A DNA stretch of 56,435 bases, counting the filler, from Porpidia crustulata (taxonomy: Eukaryota): assembly GCA_964255105.1 (NCBI GenBank). It is 5 parts of 5 records of this genome, joined end to end, with 100 filler letters (N's around TTAATTAATTAA, not from the genome) between each part and the next. Parts side by side here need not be neighbours in the genome. Positions count along the whole stretch, not along the records: positions 22,656 to 33,874 come from CAXUWE010000687.1; positions 33,975 to 45,163 come from CAXUWE010000688.1; 3 more parts are not named here. One strand, written 5' to 3'. Numbering within the stretch: the stretch's first letter is position 1; each line of letters begins with the position of its first letter. The notes below the pieces were generated by a model. It was not told the DNA's origin, did no database searches, and was given only the letters and a program-made list of their open reading frames with translations. Below, piece after piece: positions 24,212-37,481 of the stretch. The translations under genes were made by a program, and so were the position numbers.

Positions 24212-26286
24212 CTTTGGTGGAGAGGAAGTCAAGGAGTTTCCGAAGACTAAATGAGATTGACGGTTGGTAATGAAGATGATGGAAACTGAAAGCAAAATCG
24301 CTATCAGGAGACGAGTTATATCGTTTCTTTGCAAGCAGGAACAATGCCGGGACTCAGCTGTCTTTTGCTTATTAGATACTCGTCAATGTTTTATCCCGTC
24401 TCTTCTTCTGCAGTCCAACTCATAATCTGAAATCCAGATTAGAGAATAAAGTACGAAATTGATATGCTTACCGGCATCCAAAAGTGCTGCCTTGCTCTGA
24501 CACGAGCGATGGGTCGGCGTTGTTGCTTGAGATAAGGCAAATTTGGGTTGTCACAACCATCCTATGCATGACTCATTTTCCCCTCCCTCGATCGGCTTAT
24601 ATTTTGGAAAGCTTTCGCCAAAGGCCTGGGGGCCTGCAGTCCAGAACGGGAGAAGAAACGGAATCTCCTGTTGCGCAGCATGGTTGGATATATTTCGTCG
24701 TGTTTTCGCGACGAGTGCCGCACTGTGGCTTCGTATGTTTTTGAAAGACCAGGCGATCTTCGCCAACCCAAAACCCCCTCTTTACCGCATGCCGGCAAAC
24801 GCCTCGTAATTCCCACTTCCCATCCCTCAATCGCCTCGTCCTCAACAAATAGCAAGCTCCTCCGACCCACCCTTCCGTCTGGCCCATACGACCATCGCAG
24901 CCTAAGTCGTATGCAAACCACGGCCGCGGACGCACTCATCTTATGGCATTCTGGCACATGGAAACCGATACCTAGGTTACTTACGAATTCCTGCCTTGCA
25001 GCAAAAGACGTGGAGACCAGCTATATTTTCAACCACACGTATTGGAACTTCTGTACGAGATATACTCGACCCTTTCCTCCAATATCGGTACTGATCCATC
25101 AAATGCACGCCATCAACTGACACTGAGCGATGTAATCGTGCCAATTAGGCTCTCGAGAGTCTCCCTCCTGTAGAACTGTGCTGCAAGCCCATACGCAGCT
25201 GCTCTAGCCTACAGCCAATACTTGTCTTGACAGAAAAAGCGATTGGTTCATACGCCAGATAAGACAACGTTATGGTATCAACCGTTCGTCGGTAACACCG
25301 CCCTCGATTTCGGGCGTTGTGAGGTTACACAGAAAGCCTAAACTGCGCACCGTCTGCAAATAATATCGCCGGCCGCACTTGATTGCGAGCACCATCCTCG
25401 ACGATCATGCGACTAACGTAGCAGCGAAGTGCGGTTGACATAGACTTTGTCTCGGCTGAGACCGTCAATACTGTGAGAACATGAATTCCAGAGAACGTAA
25501 GTTTGTATCTAGGATTGCTGGGCTGCCAACAATCATTAGACACACTAAATATCTTTCAAGTTGCAAAGTAACACAAGAATTTCCCTACCAAGAAGGGAGC
25601 GAATATTAAGCTTATGGATGCCATGCACTCCTTGGGCGTTGGAAATCGCTCATGGAAACCACATCCTAGTTGCAGGGGATATAAACATAGCTGAAGCACA
25701 GCTATATTCAAGTCCATAGAATATGAGCATACCAAGAATCGTGTCGAGGAAGTACGGTTGACATCAAGACTCCGCGTCAAGAAGGCAAATATGTCTCGAA
25801 ACGTCTGAAGTAGTCCGGTAGACTATGAAGCTTGCGGCGAACATCATTCTGGAAGCTGAGTTGATGCGTGCGGGTGCTGGCCTTGTACCACGGTCATCGA
25901 TGATCGTCTGCTTCGCAGGCGGTAAGTATAGGTAGATGAGGTGTAGTAATGACGATCCTGTAGACAGTTGATCCAAAGAACCAAGCATCCGCGTCGTTGA
26001 AATCTTTGCAGGATCGCCTGGGATAAAGTTGTACGAAATGAAAAATCCTGGGATCTGACTGAACGGTTCCGCTTTGGCTCTTCAGGTGTTACACTTGTGG
26101 AGCGATACGCTGTCCTTTCCCAAATCTCGACTATCGCTGAGCTGAGGCTGTCAGGCCATCACGCCGAGCGCAAGATTTCCTGAGAATATAAGATACAGAT
26201 CCCCGTCTGATAAGATGATCCTGAAAACTAAGTATAGTATGATATTAGAAGCACATCAACACCTTTTACTTTCTTGTACTTCCTAT

Positions 26287-27441
26287 TTAGCTACTGCTAG
26301 TATTTCTCGGCGGCCATTCCGGAGCCGGCGCCGATAGTAAAGCACATATTTCCTGCATAACCTGCTTAGCATAACACGTTATCAACGAATTATCCAAACA
26401 AACCTTTCGCCTCTTTCTGAAATCATTATAGAGCCCCAGCCATGCTCTTCTGTCTCTACAATCCCATTCTTCTCCATCCATCCCCTTTTTACATTTGGGC
26501 GTCATCTCTCCGATCAAGTTGTGTGGCCACATGATCCAGGGCTTCGGAAGCGGCCAATCTGAAAAATGCACCAGACTTGCCTCCTTGAGCACTTCCTCTG
26601 GGTCCCACAAGTCATAGTCGTTGCCTAAGTAATTCTTATGATTTTCAGCCCGGAATTCTCCGCTCAGTAAGCCGTACGTCCGATGCGGCAGCACCATTGC
26701 AGACTGTCCGTAAAGTTGATTCATAATGTCCATGTCGTAAATTTGTCTCCCCTTGTTCTCGATTGTCGCAGCCATGAGGCGTTTAAATTCCACCTCGGAC
26801 GGCTTAAGCAGTATAAATAACGATGTTAATTCCTTTATATCCGACAGTCCCCAATACGCCCTTGTCATGGCAACCGGAGCCTTTGGTAGTAGAAACAAGT
26901 CGTCTAAATGCTGCAGCACCGTCACATCCGAGTCCAAATGTATAATGCGCTCATACGCGCTTTGGCCCCAAGCCAAGAATTTGGTAAAACTCGAATTCCA
27001 CGACTCATCGTTGACTAGCCTCATCTCCATCGGTATCAACTTGACATTATACCAATCTCTCGCTTTGACAAGTAATTGGCTATCCCTATCCTTTGTGCCC
27101 GCAATCTCTGTATCCCACTCCTCTGGGTAAAACAATACGCGATCGGCTCGGCTACCTAAACGTGACAACGCCTCAAAGATCATAACCGAGTTACAGAGAT
27201 AGGCACTGTTGGTGGCATACTGGCTGTAGGCGTAGCGAGACCAGTCCACGGATTTATAGCGAATGGAAGGGGCATGAACCGTATCGCCGAAGTGGATTGG
27301 AGAAATTGGCAAGCACCAATAAAGGATTAGAACAATGGGTAGGAATAACAGCCATCGGGAACGGCGGGGAAGCCATGATCGAGTGGAGCGGTAAGAAGGC
27401 GGTTGGGCGGCCTTGGGCGAGACGGAAAAGATTGCTGGCAT
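26287..27441 (-). CDS. Glycosyltransferase family 8, Gnt1-like, type II membrane protein
   Basis: N-terminal TM segment; YAYSQYATNSAYLCNSVMIFEAL; DxD motif HLDSD; VHFSDWPLPKPW. Probable in-frame intron at about 26353-26403. Confidence 0.88.
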   Translation of the reverse strand: MPAIFSVSPKAAQPPSYRSTRSWLPRRSRWLLFLPIVLILYWCLPISPIHFGDTVHAPSIRYKSVDWSRYAYSQYATNSAYLCNSVMIFEALSRLGSRADRVLFYPEEWDTEIAGTKDRDSQLLVKARDWYNVKLIPMEMRLVNDESWNSSFTKFLAWGQSAYERIIHLDSDVTVLQHLDDLFLLPKAPVAMTRAYWGLSDIKELTSLFILLKPSEVEFKRLMAATIENKGRQIYDMDIMNQLYGQSAMVLPHRTYGLLSGEFRAENHKNYLGNDYDLWDPEEVLKEASLVHFSDWPLPKPWIMWPHNLIGEMTPKCKKGMDGEEWDCRDRRAWLGLYNDFRKRRKVCLDNSLITCYAKQVMQEICALLSAPAPEWPPRNTSSS

Positions 27442-28485
27442 GATGAATGGCGAGGGTCTATCATATTAGCGACTGCAGCTTGCACCTGCACAAAAAGTCC
27501 TTCGGAGCCCCTTCGGAGCCTTTTCGAAGATGGACATAGCTCCCAGAACCGTGGACAAGACCCTTGGCGGAGCTTACAAGAGACGATCGGGTTGTTGTCG
27601 TAATACCTACTATAGATGTGCCAAGGGCCGCTAGTGTAGGCCCCGTATCGCTGACACCGTTCGTGTCTTCGAATCAGTGGTCTGCGACAAAACATTTGAT
27701 CGTGAATTTATAGAGTGACGTTTGGATGTGTTGCACATTACTGCAATTGTAGTGTCTTTGGGATATAATTTTATTCCCCGTTATCAATTTGAGTGAGTCG
27801 AATGCATAGATTACGTCGATTAAAATGAAGAATGGACATAGACTTAGCTCCATAGATCCTGATAGGCTAACCAAAAACAGGGTAGCACAAGATCCCCACA
27901 TTTCAGATCCGCCGTTTCTCAGCCTCCAACTTCCATAACGCCGATCAACGAGCTCATCATACGACCCGTCCCCCCCTCCACGCGATACAGAAGAACATAA
28001 CGATAACTCACAGGACGAAGTCGACATAAGTTCGTCTCTTTGAGTTTCGACACCTCAGCCACACGTCGCCGAGCTCACTCTCTCCTTACTATGGTTGGTC
28101 GACAGCTGAGGCAGGACCTGGTGTACGAGCCAGTGGAACGTGCCGTTCTTGTGGCTTGCGTTTGACTTTATTGTCATTCCTGCCAAGCCTCGTATTACGT
28201 ACAAAACCACCACGTCGTCTCACGCCCTAGAGTCCGATGTTTCCAGCACGTGGAGCTGGAAGGCTGGAAGGACGTTGGAGGCTTGGAGCGTGTACGTGCA
28301 ACCGGAGTAAGCTGATGTTCGCTTTTTCAGCTTGACCTGATGATGGGCTTGGCGGCATGCTCTATATAAGTCAGTAGCAGCCGTTGGGGTTTGGATTTCG
28401 TGTCATTTGATCATTTCGTGCGCAACATTAAGCGCTTGCTTCATCTCACCTGTGACTGAAACTAGAATCTGATTTCCTTTGCGCT

Positions 28486-29111
28486 ATGAAGGTCATTTAT
28501 CTCTTGTGGGCGTTGCTCCCCTTGATTCTCGCAACATCCGAAAAGTGCGAATGTGCACTCGTCAAATGCCCTGGAGAGAAATCAGCGGTATGTTGCCCCA
28601 GAATCCCATGTCCCTCGTCCCCAGCCCGTGAAAATATCAGCTAACGTCTCATTCCCGCTACTTAGCAATGTAAATGCGAGAATAACGCCGCCATCGAGTG
28701 TGCGAAGCGCTGCGGCAAAAAGCCATCGATCAAGGTCCGCAGATCCCCTCGACCACTATTACCAAGTATATCTCACTAATCCACCACAACGGACAGATCT
28801 GCCCCACATCCACGTCAACCCCGCCGCCCAAACCAACTTCCACCCCCTGCGGCAGCCGAGGGCTCCCGCAATGCGCCGCGAGCCAGACCTGCGTTGCCGA
28901 CCCAGCGAACCCGGGTTGCAGCTTGATCGCGGATTGCCCGGGCCTTTGTGTGTACTTGGATGGTCCTTTCTGTGGCGGCTTCGCAGGGTTGCCGTGTCCC
29001 GACCCCAGTCAAGTGTGCATTGATGACCCACGGGATAGCTGTGCGCCTCCTACCGGCGCTGATTGCGCTGGTATCTGTGTGTTCTTGGACGGGCGGGCGG
29101 CGACTTATTGA
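28486..29111 (+). CDS. Small secreted cysteine-rich protein
   Basis: Signal peptide MKVIYLLWALLPLILA. Introns 28588-28665 (GTATGT...GCTAAC...TAG) and about 28735-28796. C-terminal duplicated Cys modules (CGSRGLPQC...DCPGLC; CGGFAGLPC...DDPRDSC...GADCAGIC). TATATAA at about 28363. Confidence 0.85.
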
Positions 29112-29611
29112 GTGCTTGAGGCACGAGTAGGCTCTCCGGGCTTCATGCTTCGTCCCTTTCGACTTCCTGGCTCTGTCAAATGCTCAAGAAAAGTAAAGCA
29201 AAGCTAAGGGGTTCTGTTCAGCGTTTTTGTAGTTTAGGGATGATTAGATGTAAGCGTGACGCCCAACTTTACGTTCGCGACCTATGAGGAAGGTATCAAT
29301 CGAGACCTTGGCTGCTCGCAGACTTCTCGTTGTCGTGAAGAAGTACATGCGAAATAAATTGAGCAAATCATGATTATCCTGTAATCATGCCCTATCGTGA
29401 CCATTGCACAAGTTAAGATGTCCACATTGCAACAGGATATATTCAATCCGAGCCATGTCATTTATATAGTTTAACAGGTCCCCAGGACTACGCACAAAGA
29501 TGATTAAGAAATATAAAGCTAACTCAATCCACTCCGACTCACAAAGAATTTATAGGGGTAATTACAGTATAAACGGAATTCGCGTCAAGAAGCGGGCCCA
29601 AAGTACCCGGC

Positions 29612-32430
29612 TCACTTCTTCCTCTTCCCGCCTGGGGGTTGCATAGTTCCAAGAATATCGTCGAAGCTTTTACCTGGGTCATATATGGACAATGGTCGTG
29701 CCCCGCTCGGTGCTACATTTGCTGGTAGTGGTAGTGCTTCTAGTCCCAAGCTCACCGAGTCTCTCTGGCTTCGTCGGCTTGGTGAGCTATTCCGTGAGCC
29801 GGGGGCACTCTCATAGGCGGCTTGCAGGTGAGGAGGTTCAAGGCCGTCGTAAAGGTCTTCCCGTTCGATAGGCGCAGCCGCATCGTATTGGTTACCAGCC
29901 CATTGCTCTGCAGCCTGCCAGGCATGGCTTCGGCGATAGATACCATCGACACCATGATCGACGACATCTGCAGGTAGACTCACAACCCCGGCTCCTCCAG
30001 CCACGCCATACCAGCTTTGTTTGATGCTGGACTTCTCATGGATCCAAGGGGCGACTCCTTTTGGAACTTCGCAAAGAAAATACTCTACACCGTCTGTCCA
30101 CTTCAGACCCGGCGCATCTACAACTACCAAAGGCAAAGCTTGTAGAACAGCATAGAGAAAAATCCACTGCCCATGTCGAAGATCAAATATTTCGTCCATT
30201 GAACACCCATGTGAAGATTTTCGCTCGAACGACATGAAGGATTCTAAGAAAGGCGTAGATTTGATGGAGTCACGGTTGTAGGAGTGCATGAGCGCTTGGT
30301 TTATTTCGTCGTCCCTCAGCCTTTTGGCATTCTCCCTTTTCTGCCTCCCCATATCGAGGGTTTGAAAATTCCTTCGCGTGGCTGAGAGAGATGGCAGGAG
30401 AGGGGTATCCAATGGCATCGGTGGCTGTACAGGAGGCGTACTTCGATCATATTCACTCATTACACGTCTAAGGGCACTGGATGCAGGTCGTTGTCCATCT
30501 TCTGGAATGGAGCTCACATGAGATGGCACATCAATAGAACGAGTTGTTATAGAGCTGCGATCGACGAGGACGTCGTAGAGATCAGAGAAATCTTGATACA
30601 GCTCTTGAAGCAAAATTCGGTTTAGCCCACTTTCCTCAAAGTCATTTTTCTTTGATCTGGCCTTTGGCGGCCATGCTCCGTACTTTTCTCGATAGAATGT
30701 CAAAATATGTTTTCGCATCGCCACGAACGAAGTTTTCCAGGCTTTGAAGCGAATGACTTTACTTTCGGAGCTGGTCGATGAGTTTGCGATTCCTGCGAAG
30801 AGTGACGGAAAGTCAAAGGTCTCTAAACGAGAATGAATATTCTTGAGTCGAGTATTAAGGTCGAGGGTGGATCTCTCTAGTCGTTTTCGGGTACTTGACG
30901 AAATGAGTGCAAATTTCGTGCTTCGGAGACTTGCTATATCCTCGTATTTACCGACTGCGTGGACAAAACCCTCATTGTATAATGGCCAATACCGCATGCG
31001 TTCCCCAAGCACAATGGCCTGTATTGTCTTTTCGCGACTTCCTCGTACATCCCCAAGCTTAAAATCTTCCACGAAGCGAGCAAAGTACCCAGCAACTTCT
31101 TCGCCAAGCGTCGATCCATCCATGTTACTGAACGTATATCTTTGTAGCACGTCCGCCAACTTCAATATGGTGGAAAAGACTGTTGGCGTATGCGTGGTTG
31201 CAACCAGAGGTTGACCTGTCAGGAAAGCAAATAGATTCCGGATGGCCATCAAGGTCTCAATGTCATCTTGATCAAGGGTCGAACTTGCCGTTGGGCTATC
31301 GGCATGGAGTGGTAGTGGAAGGTACAGGTGAACATCTCTGAATGACTCATCGTAGGGATCGTTGAGCGCCCGAAGTTCATTAGAATCGCCATTTCCCGAG
31401 TTACCATATTGCGGCGACCTAGGACGGGAAGCTGGGTGATTCAGAGAAAGCTGCTCTGCGTCCTCCTCGAACGAGCGGTAAGATGAGTCGTGTGCGCTTT
31501 GCCGGGAACTATTTACAGTTGCTTCGTGAGCTAATGTTGAAAGTTTTGCTGATGAAGCGAAGAGGCTCGAGTCTAATCGAAACGACGGGCCGCTTCCTGG
31601 GGCAGGGGAGCAAAGATAGATAAAGGTATCACCGCGTTCATGCCAGATTTCTGGTACCTGAACATTGTCAGCGTTCGATTATCGTGGATAGTGAATGCTC
31701 TATCACTGACCTTCTGGAATGTTAAAAGTGAGGAGGCATTGTACGGCCTCTGCTGGTCAGGAAGAAGAGACCATGTATGTGGAGCTTGGTGGCCACTTTT
31801 CACCGTTTCACTTGAGTCCTCTTTAGACCTACTAGGCAGCCAGCTCCTCCGGTTGGAAAGCCTCTTATCTGGAATGGGTGTCGGAGACGGCTGTAAAGCT
31901 TTCACTGGCGAAATTGGTCGGTTACTAGCAGAATACCCCGCGATACTGGCGGGTCTTCTAGGTCTGCTAGCCTCCGTGGAAGATGCTGTTGATCGAAGCG
32001 AGCTTGTCGATGGTGATGTTGGTGTATTCCCTGCGCTGCTCATGGGTCTGCTGAAGTTTTTCGAAGGCGAAGTCGGCCGATTACTGGCCACACTTGCTGG
32101 TCTGGTTGCACGAATCGAGCCGGGAGGTAACGGTAGAGGCTTGAGGACACCTGGGGTAAGAGCATCATGGCGATTCCTAGACGAAGGATGTGTAGTATCA
32201 GAAGAAAGACTCAACCGCGGCGATGGCCCATTGGTCGGCAACCGCAAGTTTGGGGACGAAGCCGAAGGCTGCAATGTGGAGTTGGAGGTTTGAAGGTGTC
32301 CCGAAGGACTGGTAGTCCTGGAGTTGTGGGTGCTTACAGCCGTATGGTGATTGCGGTTGTTGTTGCTTTTATCCGACGAAGAAGTCCCAAGAGAGAAGAT
32401 GGACGATAGCCGTTTAGCAGATTTCTCCAT
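29612..32430 (-). CDS. Conserved fungal protein with Ser/Pro-rich N-terminus (DUF8004-like)
   Basis: ORFs 31573-32430 and 29612-31252 are joined through an intron at about 31710-31658 (GTCAGT...GCTGAC...CAG). Conserved-looking core AIRNLFAFL...LGERMRYWPLYNEGFVHAVGKY. Domain name is from recollection. Confidence 0.8.
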
Positions 32431-33062
32431 TGCGATTCGTCTTCATGAAAGCTGAGGGGTACCAGGGAGACCAGCTCTTATGGAGGAGCTTACAATATGC
32501 GAAGGGCGAAAGGAGCAGGATTGGAGAACGCGCGGAAAGCTGCGTTGCAGAAGATTCCGGAGATTCCGATTGGACTCAATATGTCCATCAATATTCATGA
32601 TATATCATAAATTGAGATATATAGGGTATTAAAAATAGGTTTGTCGCATGGAATTATGGAGAAAGCAATCATGAGGAATTGAATGGAGTTTTGACAATTT
32701 ACTTAATGTATACCTATTTCTTGTATCAATAGTGTGCCTGGTAGGGCTGCCTTCGGCGTGGAGGGGTAGAGTACCGACAACGTCATTGGCCCTTCATCGC
32801 CCACAGGGGGTACCAAAAGTCATTAGAGCATCTTGCCAGACTTATACAGGTTAAGAACTCCAACGACTTTCAGTCTCCCATGTGACCCTTCCCCACAACC
32901 TGTCACCCTGCTTGTATATTTCAAGTCTCTGAATGACGATAGGTACACAGAACCATCCCGTCTTCTCACCTCGCTCCTACGTGCCAAACTATCGTGTACA
33001 GTACTGTGTTCTAATGTCACTATAATCGCTATTTGTGACTGCTTACCCGAGACTACTCTACA

Positions 33063-33874
33063 ATGAATGATTCCTCCAAGCCCCGCATCAACCTCCTACG
33101 GGGATGGCCAAGCCCTTCTTTACTCCCAGCAGCCCGACTCAAGCAAGCATCATCAATTGCCCTCTCGGATCCGAGCATCTACATCCCAGGTCTTCAATAT
33201 GGCCCAGACCCTGGCTACGAGCCTCTGCGATACCAGATCGCTCAATGGCTCACAGACTTTTACCATATACCCACCGGTATACCGCCTGAGAGGATTTGCA
33301 TCACGGGCGGCGCCAGCCAGAATCTTGCTTGTCTTTTGCAAGGCTATTCTGATCCTCTGTTCACAGTAAATATCTGGATGGTTTCGCCAACTTACTTCCT
33401 AGCTTGCCGCATTTTCGAAGATAGCGGTTTCCGTGGCCGACTGCGTTCTGTGCCCGAGGATGAAGAAGGCATCGACATCCAACTTCTGACGCGCGAAATA
33501 CATCGTAGCGAGGAGAAGGCAAGGGCTGAAGGGAATGTCAGGCTGGTATGAGAGGCAGGCGGTGTTGGTAGTCTAGATCTGCTGCCAACGACTTCACGAA
33601 TATTAATTAAAAGCCTTGCATAGACTCTGAAGCCTCCACATCCATGGAACAAGCGATATCGACACATCATCTACGCGGTCCCAACGTTCGCAAATCCATC
33701 GTCGAGAACCATGACCCTTAGACGGCGCCGACAGCTTGTCGAGCTCGCCCGCAAATACGACGCGCTGATCATTACGGACGACGTTTATGACCAATTGCAA
33801 TGGATACAACAGAAACCATCCATAAGGACCAGCTTGGAACACGCGTTGTTGCCCCGTGTAGTAGACATCGATCG
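33063..33874 (+). CDS. PLP-dependent class I/II aminotransferase (YER152C-like), 3' truncated at contig end
   Basis: INLLRGWPSPSLLP, LQYGPDPG, ICITGGASQNL, YAVPTFANPS, IITDDVYD. Confidence 0.88.
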
Positions 33875-33974
33875 NNNNNNNNNNNNNNNNNNNNNNNNNN
33901 NNNNNNNNNNNNNNNNNNTTAATTAATTAANNNNNNNNNNNNNNNNNNNNNNNNNNNNNNNNNNNNNNNNNNNN
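33875..33974. other. Artificial contig spacer
   Basis: N run with TTAATTAATTAA linker. Confidence 0.97.
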
Positions 33975-34686
33975 GATGCCGACGACTACGCGCTGGAGGT
34001 CGCCCAACGGCTGCGCGCGGCGGGGCTGGGGGGGGGCGGGGCCCCACCCCCCCGGAACCTCACCAAAGATCAGCAACTCCTCCCTCAAATTCCCTACTCA
34101 AGTCCCCCATATCGCCCATTGAATCTCTACCGCCTTCAACTCCCATCGCAACCATGACTTCTTATACCTCTCAATTACTCCCAGCATCACGCAAATCTCA
34201 CTCGCGCTATCTCACTAATGCTGTCTCACTTCCATCATCATCACGCATATGCAACAGCGGCTGACCGTCTACCCGTCTGTGGCACAGTCCGGTAGTCACA
34301 AAGATCATCGCAGGAAACAGACATATCATTGGTGACCCACGCCGGAGTTCCCACGTTGGCTGACGGGTATTCTCCGGTAGAGATCCAACTTTTGCCGGTT
34401 CGGGCATGAAGTTGACGTGAGGCGTTGGAGCTACGACTCCATGGCGTTGAAGGTCCCCGAAGGTACCGCCGTCCTCTGGGGGAAGCCTGCGATGAGGGTG
34501 GGGGGGAGGTCGAGACGAGGATTTGCTTCTTTGTACTTTATCCCAATTTCTCAAACCGTTCATTGCCAGAAGCACCTGATTCTTGTCGCGCAATCAGTCT
34601 GCTTTCTTTGAACGTTTCGCAATATCTCGTACTCTCCATCTTTAAAATAGCGGAGCTCCTACACCATCCGCTGCTGATGCCCAAGC

Positions 34687-35887
34687 ATGGACACAATCAG
34701 CCATCCCAATGGAAGCCGCCAGCACCAAATCATCGGCGTGGCCAGCATGTTACTATTCCTCTCCACCGCGGCTGTTGCCTTTCGCCTGCTTATTCGCCGT
34801 ACAACGGGTCTGGGCTTGTGGTGGGATGATTACACGATAGTCTTTGCCTTGGTACGACAATGCCCGAATGCATTTCACTGTGATATGATGGCTGATTTGT
34901 CCGGTATCACAGATCCTGTCATGGGCGTCTCCAATCTGCAACCTCGTTGGTGAGTGCGAACCAGTGAGACTTTGCGATGGCAATCGCTGATCACATTAGG
35001 GCTACGATACGGCCTTGGAAAACACGCCGAGGTCGTCGGACCAGAGAAAATAACCCAATACCTAAAAGTAAACCCCCTTTCATCTCCACTCATCCATACC
35101 ACTTAACCCTCTCAACCAGGTCCTCTACACCTTCGAAGTCCTCTGGACCCTCACCATCCCCGTCATCAAAACCTCCATCCTCCTTCTCTACAACCGCATC
35201 TTCCCCGTCCCCCGCGTCCGCCTCGCCACCTCCGTCGTCGCCTTCTTCGTCCTCACCTGGCTCCTCTGGGCCGGCGTCTCCACCATCGCCCAATGCGCCC
35301 CCGTCCCGTATTTCTGGGACCGCGCCATCCCCGGCGGCCACTGCATCAACAACGACGCCTTCTATATCGCCGCGGGCGCGGTGAATGTCTTCACCGACTT
35401 TGCCATCATCGTCATCCCGGTGCCGATCATCTGGAATCTGCAGAAGATCAGCCTGGCGCAGAAGGTCGGCTTCGTGGCTGTGTTTTCCCTCGGCGGCTTC
35501 GTCTGCGTGGTCAGCATCATCCGGCTCGTCTACCTCGGCCGCATCTCCGCCGACGACATCACCTGGACCGACGCCTGGGGCGGCCTGTGGTCGTCAATGG
35601 AAGTGAGCCTCGACGTCGTGGCGGCGTGCTTGCCGGTCATTGCGCCGGGGATTTTGAAACTGGTGAGGCAAGGAAATCTACCGTGGTCGGGATTGCGGTC
35701 ATCTGGAGCGAGACAAACGCACGAGTCGAAGCCCGAGGGCAATCGCAACGTGGATGGGAGGCATCGAGACCCGGGGTTGGAGAGGGTGGGGTTTGAGAAC
35801 AAGGTTAATAGCAGCTGGTTGACGGATTCGTCGTATAATCGGGAACACAATGAAGCGACTCGAGCGGTTGCGCTCGAGCATGTTTGA
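34687..35887 (+). CDS. PTH11-like (fungal rhodopsin-domain) integral membrane protein
   Basis: AVAFRLLIRR...LWWDDYTIVFAL; YGLGKH; IKTSILLFYNRIF; QCAPVPYFWD...GGHC; NVFTDFAIIVIPVPIIWNLQ; WSSMEVSLDVVAACLP. Three introns in the 5' half. Confidence 0.9.
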
Positions 35888-36290
35888 ATGGGATGGGTTA
35901 TGGTTTCAACGTCTAGTGATGAGATTCAGTGAGGCGATAGGGATTGGGGATCGAGAAGTGGGAAGTGAAGAAATTTTCCACTGGCTTTGGGTGAATGATG
36001 TTCTTTTGAGATAGTAGGATGTTATGAAGGAGTGGGATGAGTAGCGATATCGGGATGTATTGAAGGACTGGGCGTCGATGAATTGATGAGTATACACATA
36101 TATAGGAGAGTCATGCGATATCATGTCTCATAGTGTATAAAACTGGAAACCACATTTTTAAGATTCCACGATGGTTTTTAGATCCTAGAAACCATAAACA
36201 CGACAACCGTTGCTTCATTCAACCTGTTGATATATCAACACCGGCCGGCAAGAGCGTCGAGTCTGTCCATAGAATCCGCTCATCAAGGCT

Positions 36291-37481
36291 TCATGCTGCA
36301 ACCGTATCATTTCCATTATTGCCCCGCCGATCCTCATACAACGACAGAGTCAGTGCATGATCCGTTCCTACACCAAATTTACATCAATACCCATCGACCC
36401 TACTTGCTCGGTCAAAAAAACGCAGTAAGGATGAAATGACTAACCTAGATTGCTAATCGTACCAGCCTTGCCGAACCGGCAACACATGGCATTAACCGCC
36501 ACGGCCGCGGTCCAGAAATTATACCAACTGTACCGGTCTACGTCGCCGGTGGTGTCGATTTTGATCTTGCATTTTCTGTCCGCTACGTTGATGTGAGTTA
36601 GCGGGGGCTGAGATCGGTCTCCTGTCTTCTCTCCGAAAGCAGAAAGGAAAGATGAGGGGTGCTAGCTCACATGCGATGAAATAATGCGGAAGGTCGTTCA
36701 TTAGACCGGGAACACTGTAGGGTCCGAATCGCTGCGTGCCGGTGTCCACGGGCATCTTACCCAAGATCTCTTCCACAGATCCGACTGCCGGAGCTGATCC
36801 GTAGATGTCGCATGTCACGGTCGCAGGACTATACCGACGGATGGTGACCTCAAGGCGTTCGTATTTGCCTGTGTCGGAATTGCTTTAGTTTGAAGAGCGG
36901 GATCATTTTGCAGACACTTACCAATTCCAAACGCGACACCCCCGGAGCGGGGAATGGGTTCGTGCGGGGAGTTTCCCCGGACGCAGGCGTTGTAGACGCC
37001 AGTTGCAGCCAAATGGATTTCGTGGTCGCTTATAAGGTCGGCTTGGCGCGATTCTATGGATGTTATGTCGATGGCGCAAAGGCCGTCTCCTGTTGCGTGT
37101 TAGTCCGAGCGTGCGAATTGTTATTCATCTTCTGGCTGACGTACTGCTGAGATATCGGTATGGCATCTTGACGTCCCAGTCCCCGGTTGTTCGATGGCCG
37201 AATTCTTTTTGGGTCTCGTCCATGGATATCAAGCTGATTGCGTCGGAACAGCTTTCGATACTTAGACCGACGTCATAGCCTTTTTCGTTGCATATGATCC
37301 TAGGGCCATTGCCGGTGGAAATATTAGATGCTGAGGTCGGCGACGGGGTTATTGTGAGGCTTGAGGTATTGGATGCGGAGGTTGTATCTGAAGGGAACAA
37401 TTTGTATGCCTGATCTAGGACAGCTGCTGAGCTGCAGCAAACTAGATACGTAACGATCGTAGAAAGGTGGAGCAAAGACAT
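36291..37481 (-). CDS. Secreted protein with two tandem Cys-containing domains (effector-like)
   Basis: Signal peptide MSLLHLSTIVTYLVCCSSA. Exons joined across four GT-AG introns give two similar repeats (C...FG...P...D..C.I.I...AA..V...C...G...G). Stop TGA at 36291. Confidence 0.75.

Noticed and set aside
24885..24913. CATACGACCAT resembling the 5' end of fungal 5S rRNA
   Set aside because: Similarity stops after about 11 nt; the sequence is only a short hairpin (catacgac...gtcgtatg).
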